A stretch of DNA of 64,000 nucleotides, from assembly GCA_025786725.1 (NCBI GenBank), contig JAHLTZ010000006.1, positions 62,001-126,000 on the forward strand, written 5' to 3'. The translations under genes were made by a program, and so were the position numbers. A model generated the notes under the pieces. The model did no database searches and was not told where the DNA came from. It saw nothing but the letters and a program-made list of their open reading frames with translations. Of this stretch, positions 23,782 through 35,870 are shown in pieces (positions within the stretch are counted from its first letter, which is position 1; each line of letters opens with the position of its first letter). Source of the stretch: Syncephalis fuscata S228 (lineage: Eukaryota > Fungi > Zoopagomycota).

Positions 23782-26755
23782 AAAAGATATTACAATAATA
23801 TTTATTGGAACAATAATTAACTGGCACTGATTATGCTGTTTAATAAAAGCTAGCATTATAATATGCATATTAATTGAAAATGCAATGTACATAAATATTA
23901 GAAATGTGTTTTGTTTATTGTAAAATGGGTATGAAGTAAATTTATAGTTGCTCTAATATAAAGGCAACGTATAAAGGTGTTACCAATAAGCTTGTCGATA
24001 TTACTGTTCGTGGCATGATATAGCCGTCAGTGTTTATGACACGGCAATAGTCAGCTAAGTGTCTAATGGTATATGGATATTACTGCGGTGTATATCAAAG
24101 GAACAAAAGGTACTGTTTTAGATCTAGTGTTATGGTCTAGGATTTATAGACAGATACAACTTGCAGACAAACCAGACAGTCAACGTAAAGCTTTCTACTA
24201 TTGCTGTATGTGCTGTTGCTGTATTACTTATATCTGCCACTACAACAATAAATGCCAACCTAAGTCGTCTTCGTCGAGGATTACCGTTGAGTTAAAGACA
24301 AGATTCATATACACTTAGCAAAAACAACAATGCTGTAGAATCAAGCTTGGGTCATCTACGTTAAAATTAACTAGATAGAGGAGCATGGCCAGTGTGTTTT
24401 TAAAAGCTGTAGGCTCCGAGATAGAGCTAGTGCCGCTGAATAAAGTATATTTCCATATAATCCGATGACTGATACTTACAATCACCATACTTTAGTTCAT
24501 TCATATTTTTAATTCGGTTGGTGTAAATTATATACATGATGCATATTATATATTAAAGTGATATTTGTCTTTTTGTTGTTACTATGGTTTTAAGTAATGC
24601 ATACCAAACCAAAATCAAAATAGTGATTTATTAACTCGTTTACTCTATTGTCTATCACATAATATCTATTGTCTTTCGGTAAACATATGTTGCTATCCAG
24701 TCTTCTGTCTATTATTTGAATGTTAAATTGACAAAAAACTATTTCAATATATATGATAATATTGCGATGCAGCTCAAGCGACCAACAAGCATTACGGACT
24801 GATAGGTATCTTCTACTATCTTTACCTTATAATCAAACAATTGGCAACATCAATGCCTGGTCCAGTGTTTTATTATCAGACATGTCGATGCACAACAGCC
24901 AATAATTAGCTCAAATAATTGATCCAAAACCAAGGTTTTATCGACAGGTGGTTTTACTGTGCTAAAATAACTCGTTCATTCCTGTAACCAGACTGCAATG
25001 TCAAATTAAATGAATTTGTGAGCTGACCAGTATATTCGCATAATTTAAATGTTGCAGCTAGTTTATGCACAATAGTAGGTACTTGTAAATAACCACAAGC
25101 TAAGAAATGTTGTAGGGCAATTAACAATTCACTAAGTGATCATCATGCGTGGCAATAACTTAATATAATAGGCCGTAAGTGATGCTGTATATTAACTGAC
25201 TATACACTAATTGCATAGTTACTGTTTGTATCAACAGCTTAATATAATAGGCTGTAATTGGTATTGTATATCAAGCAGCTACACGCCAATTTTGTTATAT
25301 ATGTAATGCGCATAAACAAATTAATATCAATAGATAGTAAGTGATATCTTATAGCAATTGGATATATACCGACTATATTTATGCGTTGTGTTTATTAAAT
25401 AACTTATAGAATTAGATCGTAAGTGGCATTATATATCAATTGGCTATGTACTAACTGCATATTATGCAATGTGTGTATCAATACGCTGCTATTAGTAGAG
25501 AGTAAGTAATATGGCATATTGGCTGATTATGCATTAATTCCATGTTATTTACTGTCTATATCAATGATTTAATGCAAACAGTCCATAAGTGACATTGTGT
25601 CAATTAGTTATGCATTAATTGCATATTCATTGCGTATCAATAACTTAATATTAATAGGCAGTAAGTATTAGTGCATATTAATTAACTATGTATTGTTTAT
25701 ACACTACATGTTTTTATATCAATAATTCAATGCTAATAGGACGTAAGCGATATTGTATGCTAATTAACTGGTTACTAATTACACGTTTATTTTGTATGCT
25801 GATGCTAATACTAATAGGCGGTAGGTGATAATTTATATTAATTATTTATGCGCTAATTGTATATTATATACTTTATGCATCAATGATTTAATAGTAATAG
25901 TAAGTAATATGGGATATTGATGTATTATGAATTAATTTTATGTGATGTTTTGTGTTCAACAACTTGACATTAATAGAGAGTAAGTGATGTTATACATTGT
26001 TGGTTTATACATTAATTCATATCACTTGTGTATATATTTATAAACATAGAATAACCGGTACATCCAATACATTGGCATTAGCAGTAGGATTGAACGACTA
26101 GTTCAATCTATTCTAGGTATATACTAGGTGCAAGGCAAGGTCGTTTGACAAGTGCCGTTCAGCTTATTTATATAGCAAGTTCCAGCCAATGATCCGGTTT
26201 ATTTCTTTTAATCAGTGACACCATTACATCACTAGCAAACCTGAATTCAGTTGTGTTTATTCAACTATTCAGATTTTTAGTAATAAATACATGGCTCCAT
26301 TTTACTTTGTTTGATCAAGTCATCATGTCTATGCTCATGTTTTATTTACATCCAACAATTAGCAAATGATAATCAGCTATATTATTAACATGTTTGCAAA
26401 AATACAAAAGCTTAAATTTACATATTTCAACACTTTGTGCTAATCAACTGTTTTCTCAATAGCTTTAATTTTATTATTTGCTTTTTATGTAACAAGATTC
26501 GATACTGTCAATTAGCTGGCTAATTCATTTAACCATTCTAGTCGCTTGACCAATGATCGCTAGCATCTTCAGTGTAGATACTGCGCTTGTTTATCGCACT
26601 GCGAGTATCAAGTGCTTTCAGATTATCAGCCTCTACTTGTTGTGTAGCTGCCTTTATTTGGGCCATTACAGTTGCATTACGAATGGCCGAAGAGCATGTG
26701 GTAGTGGCAGGACGTGGTTGAGCCTGAGCGTTGGAAGTAGCATAAGAAACGTAGA
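23782..26755. repeat. ~2.97 kb direct segmental duplication, copy A (derived; carries a 3' fragment of VPS72)
   Basis: Near-identical to 42145..45109 (offset 18363 at the left end) with scattered substitutions and 1-bp indels; breaks off inside the VPS72 last exon. Confidence 0.97.
25100..26049 (+). other. Tandem array of homologous 70-80 nt intron-like units separated by 3-nt putative micro-exons (copy A)
   Basis: YAG|NNN|GTAAGT-type junctions at 25172, 25251, 25334, 25416, 25499, 25582 (donor ATAAGT), 25658, 25740, 25818 and 25977; final acceptor at 26049. Confidence 0.7.
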
Positions 26756-27051
26756 CTATGTGCCGTGGAACTGACAGACAATACTTATAAAAGTGTAAGA
26801 CGAAATATTAACAACAGGTAATTAAGTAATAATAAATAAAAGGCAATTGACCCAATATTCCTGTATATTATAAAATACGTTATCAGTAAAATAATGAGTT
26901 GTAATAACAATTAAATTGAATAAATATGCAGGCTTATGTGGTACATGTAATCATTTAAATCTACTGTAAATAAAGTTTTATTATAAAATTGGATTTATGG
27001 CTGTTGGTAAAACAAGCGCATTACATTAGAAAAAGGCTATTCGAGTGTAAT

Positions 27052-27792
27052 TTAGGCAGCTTCGGCGGCAGAGACTTCGTACTCTTCGGCTACAGTGTCG
27101 GTATCAGAGCGTGGAACAGCTGGGCCGAGGTTCTTGCCATCCTTGTCAACGCAGTATGACTTTTCAGACTCTGGCTCGTAGACCATAGCATAACCATCCT
27201 TGTAGTTGCAGACAAAGTCGTGAACCAAAGAGGCACCAGCATCACGAACACGGATAGCACCCTCAGTAACCTTTTCCTTAATGTTGGATGGAGAGAGAGG
27301 TCGGATGATAATGCGGATCTTCTCGCCAGCGGCGTGGGTGAAGTCGCCGAGTTTCTCAGCACCTTCCTTTGTAACCTTAACCAAACCTTCACCGGTCAAA
27401 ATGATACCGCCAACAATAACCTTGCCAGTGGTGGCAAGGGCGTGACCAGTAGCAGCAATAGCATTGCCAGTAGCATTAACAGCCTTCTTAGTGGTGTCCT
27501 TGGTAGTGGTCCAAGCATCTTCGGCAGTTTCCTTGGCGGAATCTATGATGGTATCCGCTTTGTGGTTAGTCTTACCGACTACAAAACCAAGAACACTAGC
27601 GGCACCACCGTCGTGAGCGGCGGTCTTAAGGCCTTCGCGCCATCCGGGGATATCAGACTTGTTTGTGTCATCTTTGACGACTGTCTGGATATCAGTGTTA
27701 CCGGCGAAGGCCAAGTTGTCTGGGGCTGGCATAGCAGCGGCAAAAGTAGCCATGGCAACAATGGCCGAGATAATAGTGATGCGCTTAAGCAT
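27052..27792 (-). CDS. Secreted hypothetical protein, 246 aa, Ala/Thr/Lys-rich amphipathic middle, two C-terminal Cys
   Basis: Intronless ORF with signal peptide MLKRITIISAIVAMATFAAA; higher GC than flanks with C/T-ending codon bias. Confidence 0.85.
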   Translation of the reverse strand: MLKRITIISAIVAMATFAAAMPAPDNLAFAGNTDIQTVVKDDTNKSDIPGWREGLKTAAHDGGAASVLGFVVGKTNHKADTIIDSAKETAEDAWTTTKDTTKKAVNATGNAIAATGHALATTGKVIVGGIILTGEGLVKVTKEGAEKLGDFTHAAGEKIRIIIRPLSPSNIKEKVTEGAIRVRDAGASLVHDFVCNYKDGYAMVYEPESEKSYCVDKDGKNLGPAVPRSDTDTVAEEYEVSAAEAA

Positions 27793-29018
27793 TTTGATGA
27801 GTTAATAGGATTGGAAATAAAAACGTAAAAGTGACGTGAACTATTTCTAAAGCGTAGATGCCTGTAGACTAGTGATCTTCAAAATCAAGTGAGGTGGATA
27901 GAGCGTAAGATGAAATGAATGGTAGCGAACATTTGCCAATAGCGGCGTAAAGCGAGGCTTTTTATTCTCTTTTCCGTTGGCGCATGAACAGATAATCTTC
28001 TTTTCTTTTTTGCTTTCTGTTCGTTTTGTTGCCACATGCTAGAGCCTTTTTTGGATCAAATTGACCTAGCGCTTCCACATTGAGAAGTCAACGCTGTATC
28101 GTTTGATAAGCATAGTGTGCTTGTCGCCACGTTTGGAACTGATGCGGATGTGGATTATTTGCCGGAATACGCAGCTCTCCCTAATGTGTCAAAGCCATGC
28201 AACTGTATCTACATTTAGATCAACAGCTGCTTGTGCCACGGTTGCTTTTTCAATCGAGTCGGCGTATACATATTGGGAAGTCAATAAAACCTCAGGGGGC
28301 AGCACGCATTTAGAAATTCCTATTGAGGAATGCAATCACGTTTGTTTTGGTCAAATATGGAAACAAATATATTTGAATTCTTGTTTAGTACTTTTAAATT
28401 GGTCTACTGATTATCGGAGAGGAGCAACTGAGCTTAAATGTTTTATACACTGTCTAGTTTATTCAAGTCGTAGTAGTCTGAAACAATAAAATGTCTAATT
28501 GGCATGTGGCAATTGCTAATGGAACTGCTGAATCAGCATGAATCAGTTATCCAACTATGCTGATAAGATGGGTGCTTTGTATTCATTTGTTGTAAAATAG
28601 TAAACTTGGATAATTAAGGCAAGCAGCATGAGCGAATGAAATAGTAGTAATAGATTGATTGGTCAATGGATGGCAGAACTTTTACAATGTTAATAAAAGA
28701 TATTTTAATATAGTAGTATAGCGATAATCCTTGTTTTATTATAGCCACTATGTCATTAGTGCTCATCTTTTCCAATTGTGCATATAGAATAAACTGCTCA
28801 AACGAGGCATAATAACCATGTACCTGTATCTATTTCTATCGTTATACAGGTATTGTGCGACAATGCAATAGTATGTGTGCCTAGATAGTTGGTTGAAGCA
28901 GTTGGCGCAATAGATGGCTGCCCCCAAATGTTTCAGTGACCGTACAGCCAACCAGTTATCAGAATCTTGACTATCCACCCCCTTTATTCTGTTTCCTAAG
29001 TGTAGCTACAACAACAAC

Positions 29019-29852
29019 ATGGTGGTAAGCTTTATCATTTGACAATGAAAGCCAGCTGTTTTACTGAGAAGCTATTATTGCGCAGAACTTTTTTGTCCAA
29101 TTAAGCGCGCAACTGGAGAATATTGAGCAGCTGCAGCTGCCAAACAATCTTGAATTTTACTTTAAGGTTTGTGCAGTTATGGCTGAACGTGTATTTTGCT
29201 TACATCTGTTCAGATTCAGTGTAATCAATGCCATGAAGTAGCCAGCAACTGGATCTCTTTTAACGCGCAGGTAATCTCGCCCTTCTAGCTATATGGCCAA
29301 GATTGACCAGTGATCAACAGGAGCTTTACCCAATAACGCATTCTCGCGGTGATGCCAACCTAGTTGTTCGGTGCAAGTTCTGTAGCCGTGAAAACTCTGC
29401 CAGTAGGTTTGAAGCATGGTAACAGCCATTATGGTAACTTAGTTAATACGCGTACATACATACATACATATATAGCTTTTGTTGGATCGCCTCGTGCTTA
29501 TTCAGCCGAGTCTAGCGGACAGTTTCAAACCGTTGCCGAGCTGGACTGTCGTGGGTTGGAGCCGGTAGAAGTTGAGCTACGTGTAAGCAACGATGCTTAA
29601 GTTTTCGCTATATATACGCTAAATAAAAGTGCCTGTAACTGTTTTTGTTTATCAATAGGATGGAGTTGTAGTAAAAGCCAACTCGGGTGCTCATTTTGAA
29701 GACGTGGACTTGTCTGAAAAAGAATGGGTTGAATACGATGAAAAAGTAGCGTTACTTATCATAATGTTATGCATAATCTAATTATCTTTATCGAATAGTC
29801 GGGCGATTCGTTAAGCATTATGGAGTTGGCAGGCCAGATTCGACGTGCGTAG
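29019..29852 (+). CDS. DUF866 / CXXC-motif zinc-binding protein (C1orf123/CZIB-like), 7 short exons
   Basis: Spliced product MV|NFFVQLSAQLENI..FYFK|IQCNQCHE..|..SRGDANLVVRCKFCSRENS|..LDCRGLEPVE|..FEDVDLSEKEWVEYDEK|SGDSLSI..; first coding exon is 6 nt. Confidence 0.88.
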
Positions 29853-31323
29853 TTCAAGTTTAAATCAAGTGGACAAATCATGTGCTGTTTTTTGAACTAA
29901 TAGTAGTTGTTATACTATATTCAAATAAATAGTATTAAATGAAAAAATGTAGCTGAATAATTAAATAGATAGTGTCAAGTAAATGAGCTTGTAATTATAT
30001 GAATTGCCATTACAAAAACAACACTATTAGTTTTTTTGATAATAATTGCATATGCTTTTTATACTATGCAAATATATAAGTAGATATAATATAAATACTT
30101 TAGTTAGTAGTAGTTACTAATTTTTTATCTAAATGATTGCTATTTATCCGTATTAAATTGCTGATTGTTGTGTTATATATATATAATTTACTGCTTAATA
30201 TCAATCAATATGAATATAGATTAAAGTACAAAAATACTGCTACTATGGCTATCATTCGATGATGAATAGATAAAAGTAATCAGAAATTCTAGCGCCACAA
30301 CTACATAGATACTAGAACTTGATTAAAATCATTTTCATGCAATATAGCTATAGTGTTTGATTAAATCCTAAGTGCTGGCATTATTGATATTTTTAGTTAT
30401 AAAGTCGTCACTATACTGATTATTGTTATATAAAGCAATGCAGCATAGCTTAAAATAACTCTGTACCACTGAAAGCGCTATTTTTAGCAGATCAGTGTTG
30501 CTTGCTTTTTCGCCTTCCTCCAAATACTAAATGGGTCAATGGCGTATTTTGATTCATAACTCAAGGTGAAAACAAAACAAAAACTTTTAGCCATGGCAGC
30601 AAACAGCTCATTATTACTGACTTTATTGTTTATATTGTATCTCAAAAAGCATACAATAGATTTAAACGAACAATTGTATTAAAATAATACCATTAAAGCG
30701 TTGAAATATACTACATTCATAGCATATCATTGGACGCACGGATGCTGAATTAAGCCAGTTTTTTATTCCGTAAACGGACTTGCGTGTCCCTGTCGATAAT
30801 AACGCGTACATCACCGACTGTTTTGGCACATGCCCGTTAATATTGTGATTAATAAAACAGGTTTTAGTTTCAGTAGATCCAATACTATAATGCCATGGGA
30901 TGCATTCAAGAACCCATGTTCTATTTCAACGCTAGCGTTATTTATCACCATGACAGCGATGCTGTATCTTTTAGTGAAAACAATCCGGTTAAAGTGCTTG
31001 CCATGCAGTTAGGCCTTCAGCGAACATCTACTGCAAAATAACAACCAAGTATTCCTATGGTTTAATTTTTTGGCCTTTGCGACGGCGTTGTAGTGACTAA
31101 TGACTTCGGCTTTTGTTACAGCCTTATTAATACAGGAATGGACACCACACGGTTGCCTATTCTTCCACATGCTTAAACGCACACACACCTGTACGCAGAT
31201 TGATATTCACTTGTTCTTTTCCTCTCGCCATTATCCATCTATTGCTTTGTTCTTTTCGCGTATGACTATTTGATTTACTAGCTGGTTATAGTTATTATTT
31301 TGCTAAATTATATCTATCCAGTC

Positions 31324-32127
31324 ATGGGAGATTCTACTGTGCCTGATATCGGTAACGAGTTGATTGCTGGCCATGTACCGTGCGATGATCAAATAGTACC
31401 GGAATATACAGTACCTAATTCAAAAGACAAAAATGTTCAATTTAGTCCATCGAGCGAAGATCTCGAAGAGATGGTAGTGCCCGACCTAAATGCCATGCGA
31501 AAGGCTCGATGCAAAACAATACCGTATAATTTTACGGAAAAAGCATGGGTTCAGATGCATTATACGCTGCTCTATCCATTGCAGTTAAGCGAGAAGTACA
31601 CGGCGCCACTGGAAAACCGCAACGCAACTGTCGTGGAAAATGGCCGGATATCACGACTGTACAAGGTCACGAGCCGAATGGTCAGCGAGTGGAAGCATAA
31701 GCCGCGTAAATGGTGGCAGCGAGGGGGGAGATTTGCCCAACCTGCTGCACCAGCCACCGTGACCACTTCTACTTCACTGCCTATATCCATGATGAAAACC
31801 ACCGTAGCACCCGCCATGACTGTCACCAATACTAATTCAACCTCGACAACAGTAGAAAGCAATGCAGACTATTCCACAAACAGTCCTACTGATTCGCCGT
31901 CTAATACGATAACTCAACCCAATAAGAAGGTTTCACGCCATCTAGCTCGGTCTATTACTCATGCCCCTATAGGTTTCTATAATCGAATTAGCGCCAAGCT
32001 TCATAGCAAAGGGTCAAAGAACGCAGCTGCTTTACAACAAAAAGCCGCTAATGAAAATCACCATGCCACTTTGGTGAAAGATACACCAGTGCATGTAAAT
32101 TCCAACGTAGCATTAGCATCTACATAG
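31324..32127 (+). CDS. Hypothetical protein with Thr/Ser-rich low-complexity C-terminal half
   Basis: Long ORF with coding-like composition; no family recognised; start chosen at the first ATG. Confidence 0.65.
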   Translation: MGDSTVPDIGNELIAGHVPCDDQIVPEYTVPNSKDKNVQFSPSSEDLEEMVVPDLNAMRKARCKTIPYNFTEKAWVQMHYTLLYPLQLSEKYTAPLENRNATVVENGRISRLYKVTSRMVSEWKHKPRKWWQRGGRFAQPAAPATVTTSTSLPISMMKTTVAPAMTVTNTNSTSTTVESNADYSTNSPTDSPSNTITQPNKKVSRHLARSITHAPIGFYNRISAKLHSKGSKNAAALQQKAANENHHATLVKDTPVHVNSNVALAST

Positions 32128-32388
32128 TATTTTTATTGTCATTTATAGTTTAATAAATTATTTTATTTTGTTCTATATGGACCATATCGCTTTAGATATA
32201 AGCAATGGATGTGGCCAATACTTGCCATTATTCCACACAACTAGCTATACTCTGTATACTCGATGGTACTAGCATCTACATTATCATTTGCTTTACTCAA
32301 TGGATAGGACGCAAAAACAGCATATACATGATAAACGTAGTGTATATATTATACAAAGAAACGAGACATAGATCAATGAATACATACG

Positions 32389-35022
32389 CTACGCAGTTTC
32401 ATAGCGCGGCCGTGAATCGTCCGACTGATTAGAATTCATCGGCAAGTAGTTACGTAATGCAGCTTCAGCCGACGGTAGCGGCTCAAAATAGATGCCATTT
32501 GGCGCATTGTCGTCATCCTCTTCATAGTCCATCCTCATATCATCTTCATAATCATCATGTTCATCAGGTGACTCCCAAGCATCTGAAAACTCTTCCGACC
32601 AATAGCCATTGTAGTAATCGTCAGCATAATCGCTATCCCCTTCATACTGATCAGTATCGTCATTATCGGCCCTCATAACTGGGTGTGCTGGATCCAAAGT
32701 ACCCGTCGCATATAGACACCCCGCTGTTAGTGTGGCCAACAGCGAAATGACTACAAATAGCCGACTTGTCGTTTGAAAAGAATGATCTATCGCAATAGTT
32801 CGTGCCACGATAAATGGCACAACAACCAGGGACAAGTTCAAAAGACCGGTCATTCGAGCATATGCTAACGGATGATGATCCATATTAGGCAGTATTTGCG
32901 GTAATGCAGTCCAAAATATCTATTTATATATTTACATACGATCAATTACTAATCCTATCGAGTCAGCTATTAGTAATACTTACCACAGAGAATATACCAT
33001 AACATAATCCCAAGGTCATTAAAGCAACTACCGCACCCAATCCATGCCATTGATCTGAATTGCCTTCACCTAAATACCAATGGACCATTGTCATAATACA
33101 GCCTACCCATAAAAGGGTCCACCGTTGCTGTGATCTATCATAGCATTTATCTGCGCCTAGTGGTACCAATAGCGTACTAATAAGATCAGGTAAAGCCATT
33201 AATAGACCAGCATAGATGGGACTTGTTGTCCATCTTGTTAAGAAGTAATCAGATGCTTATTTAAATGTTAGTCAAATACTAATACAACTAACTTATTACT
33301 TACCAACATTGACCAGTGGAATGACTGCACTATAAAAGCTAAATAAATAGTTATACATACAATTAATACAATATAATATATCAAATCATACCACTTACCA
33401 TATCATAGAGGAACACAGCAATCCAAACTGCCATGAACAAGAGAAACTCATAGTCGTTATAGTGTTGGTGGTAGCAATGGTGGCCATTGATATATCTCTA
33501 CCATTACTCTGATTACCAGTGGTTGTATCATTTCTCAATGATCTATGCTGTAATGCCCGTCTCTTTCCACCCTGTGGATGGGCCGGCCAATGTCGATTCG
33601 TCGATGCTGTAATATTGCTGCTATTGCTATGATTATGACCCGGAGAAGAATAGGGAATAATGGCATCAGCGGATGTAGTAAGTCGTTCATTCCCGCCTAT
33701 ACTACTATCACCGCCACTTGGATGTCGTTGATGTTGCCGTTGGTAGGAATCCTCGTGCAATGATGGATCAGAAGATGTCGATAGGCCATGTCCCATAGGA
33801 GGTGCCACCCATACTGAATCTACTGAACTGCGTTGTCGTGGTCGGCTCACTCCGGGGATAGGTCGTGAATATCGACGATAAATGCCGCTTGTTCTATTCA
33901 GTCTATCGGTACGGAAGTAGGAGTGCCGTATAGATCGAATATCACGATTACTCACTTGTCGACGTACACTCGAAAAGGGAAGATGTAACTGTGGCTGTGA
34001 ACCATGAAGTGGCAATGGCACATTAAGTGAAGTTGCAGATGTATTCCGTTCAGCGCCATAAAGTGTTGATCGTCGATGATTCAACAGTGGCTGTTCACTA
34101 TTAACATGACTATTACTATTATTGACATTGTTATCATTATTGGTAACTACAAATGATATTTCTGGATTTCTTGTATAACGTTGTTCTGACCAATAGTCCA
34201 TAAATACCACAATACACGCGGTTATTAAACCAGCCATACACATGACTAAACCAATTATATTGGCCATAATAGCACCGGTTAACCAGTTCTCTGGTATACC
34301 ACATCTAGTTAACCATGACCATAATTGATTCATCCACGTATGATCTGGACTGTCCCATTGATGCCATATCCATGGACTAGTTATATCGTTTAGAATGGCT
34401 CCCATTCGAGCCATAACTACGTTTAACGATAAGGCTAGACCGAGTCGGCGTGATGAAAAGAACCACTGACAAGTAAGTGATGACTGCGCCACACCTAATG
34501 ATTCGACGCCTAATCCTAGTAGAAAACGTCCACCTAAAAGTAATAATAAAGAGTTGTGTTTCGTTGTTGTTGTTGTTGTTGTTGATGGCAGTAAAGCTGT
34601 CGTAAAACATAATTGGCCTATAAGAGCCAGTAAAGCGAGTAGAATAAATAAATAGCGTGGGCCTATAATAGAATGATAAGATACTGCTTCTTTTTGTCTA
34701 TTCTATTTATTGCTTACCTAGTTTATTCATTAAATGAGGAACGTAGAACGGCATAAATACATTGGGTAGTGCATAGGTGGCATAAGACCCGGCCAACCAA
34801 TATTGCCATTCATCATGAGCAATATTGAGTTGAGAACGCAGTGGTCGATTTAATGCAGCCGGCAGATCATATACCTATTGAGTTCAGTACTATGTAAATC
34901 CAATTCAAGCCATGAATACCTACATAATAACTGCTGGCCAACGATATGCACGTCAATGCCACTACAGGCCATCGCCACCGACGACGTGAGTTACGCACAT
35001 AGGATACCGGCCGAGATGACAT
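32389..35022 (-). CDS. MFS transporter, MFSD1-like, with very long central loop and acidic C-terminal tail, multi-exon
   Basis: MSSRPV..RWRWPVVALTCISLASSYY|VYDLPAAL, YALPNVFMPF, AQSSLTCQWF..LGLALSL..ARMGAILN; multiple TM exons. Confidence 0.8.
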
Positions 35023-35870
35023 CAAATAAACTAATAGTAACGATTAATAAATACCTTACAACAATACTAGTTATTTATTTACCCAAATTCAAAAGTTGCT
35101 TAACAAAAGATTTCACTATTTTGCAAACCAGTTGAACGGTAATAAATAGAACGTGGCATCAATAGTTTGTTTATTGGTTGTGAGTGTAGGGTTCGTTCGT
35201 TCTTGTTCTTTACTACTTGTGCATCTGTGCGTACACTATAAACAAACCAATCGCATAAAGAAAGCACTATGGTAGCAACAAAGAACTGCCCTGACAATAA
35301 AGAGAATAAACGTCACTTTGTAGAGATGAGAAAAGGCCAAAGAAAGAGCGGGAGAGTATATATCAGTATCTGTAATACTAATGACGACAAATGGAATAAA
35401 ATGTACCACCATGACTGGGCAATCGTCCGTATTACCGTAGAATGTAGGTCGGAATTGTGCCACTTTCATTCACTCACATCTCTGCCCAAATAGTCAGGTG
35501 GATTCACGTGTGTATGAGAGAGAGAGAGAGAAGCGGTTCATTTTGCCGTTCTCTTTCTCACATTGTAAATTTATTTTATAGCAAAGAAAACCGGTATTGG
35601 TCTACTATAAGGTTCGTATTATACAAGTGAATGAGTGTATTAGAATGTCGATATAGGACAAATGATTGCTATTGAATTACTATTGAATTATTTTACAGAT
35701 AGAATTGTTGACTAATTTTACATTGATCGAATTTGATTGATGATTAATGTTTATTGCTATTGTTGTTGTTATTAGCACTATTAGCATATTATTCTTTTAC
35801 TGCAACTACAACTACAACTACAGCTATTGATTGTTTCCTTTATTACATTTAATGGCCATTAAAAACATCA

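Noticed and set aside
24073-24318. Cys-rich 81-aa ORF present twice (also 42436..42681)
   Set aside because: Its conservation only reflects the recent duplication; the Cys run comes from TGCTG-type repeats and another frame reads more plausibly as a signal peptide.
25100-26049. CRISPR-like reading of the regularly spaced array
   Set aside because: Eukaryotic context, no cas genes, and the units are homologous along their whole length rather than identical repeats with unique spacers.
27220-27828. 202-aa plus-strand ORF
   Set aside because: Antisense shadow of the secreted protein; GTG start and no independent features.
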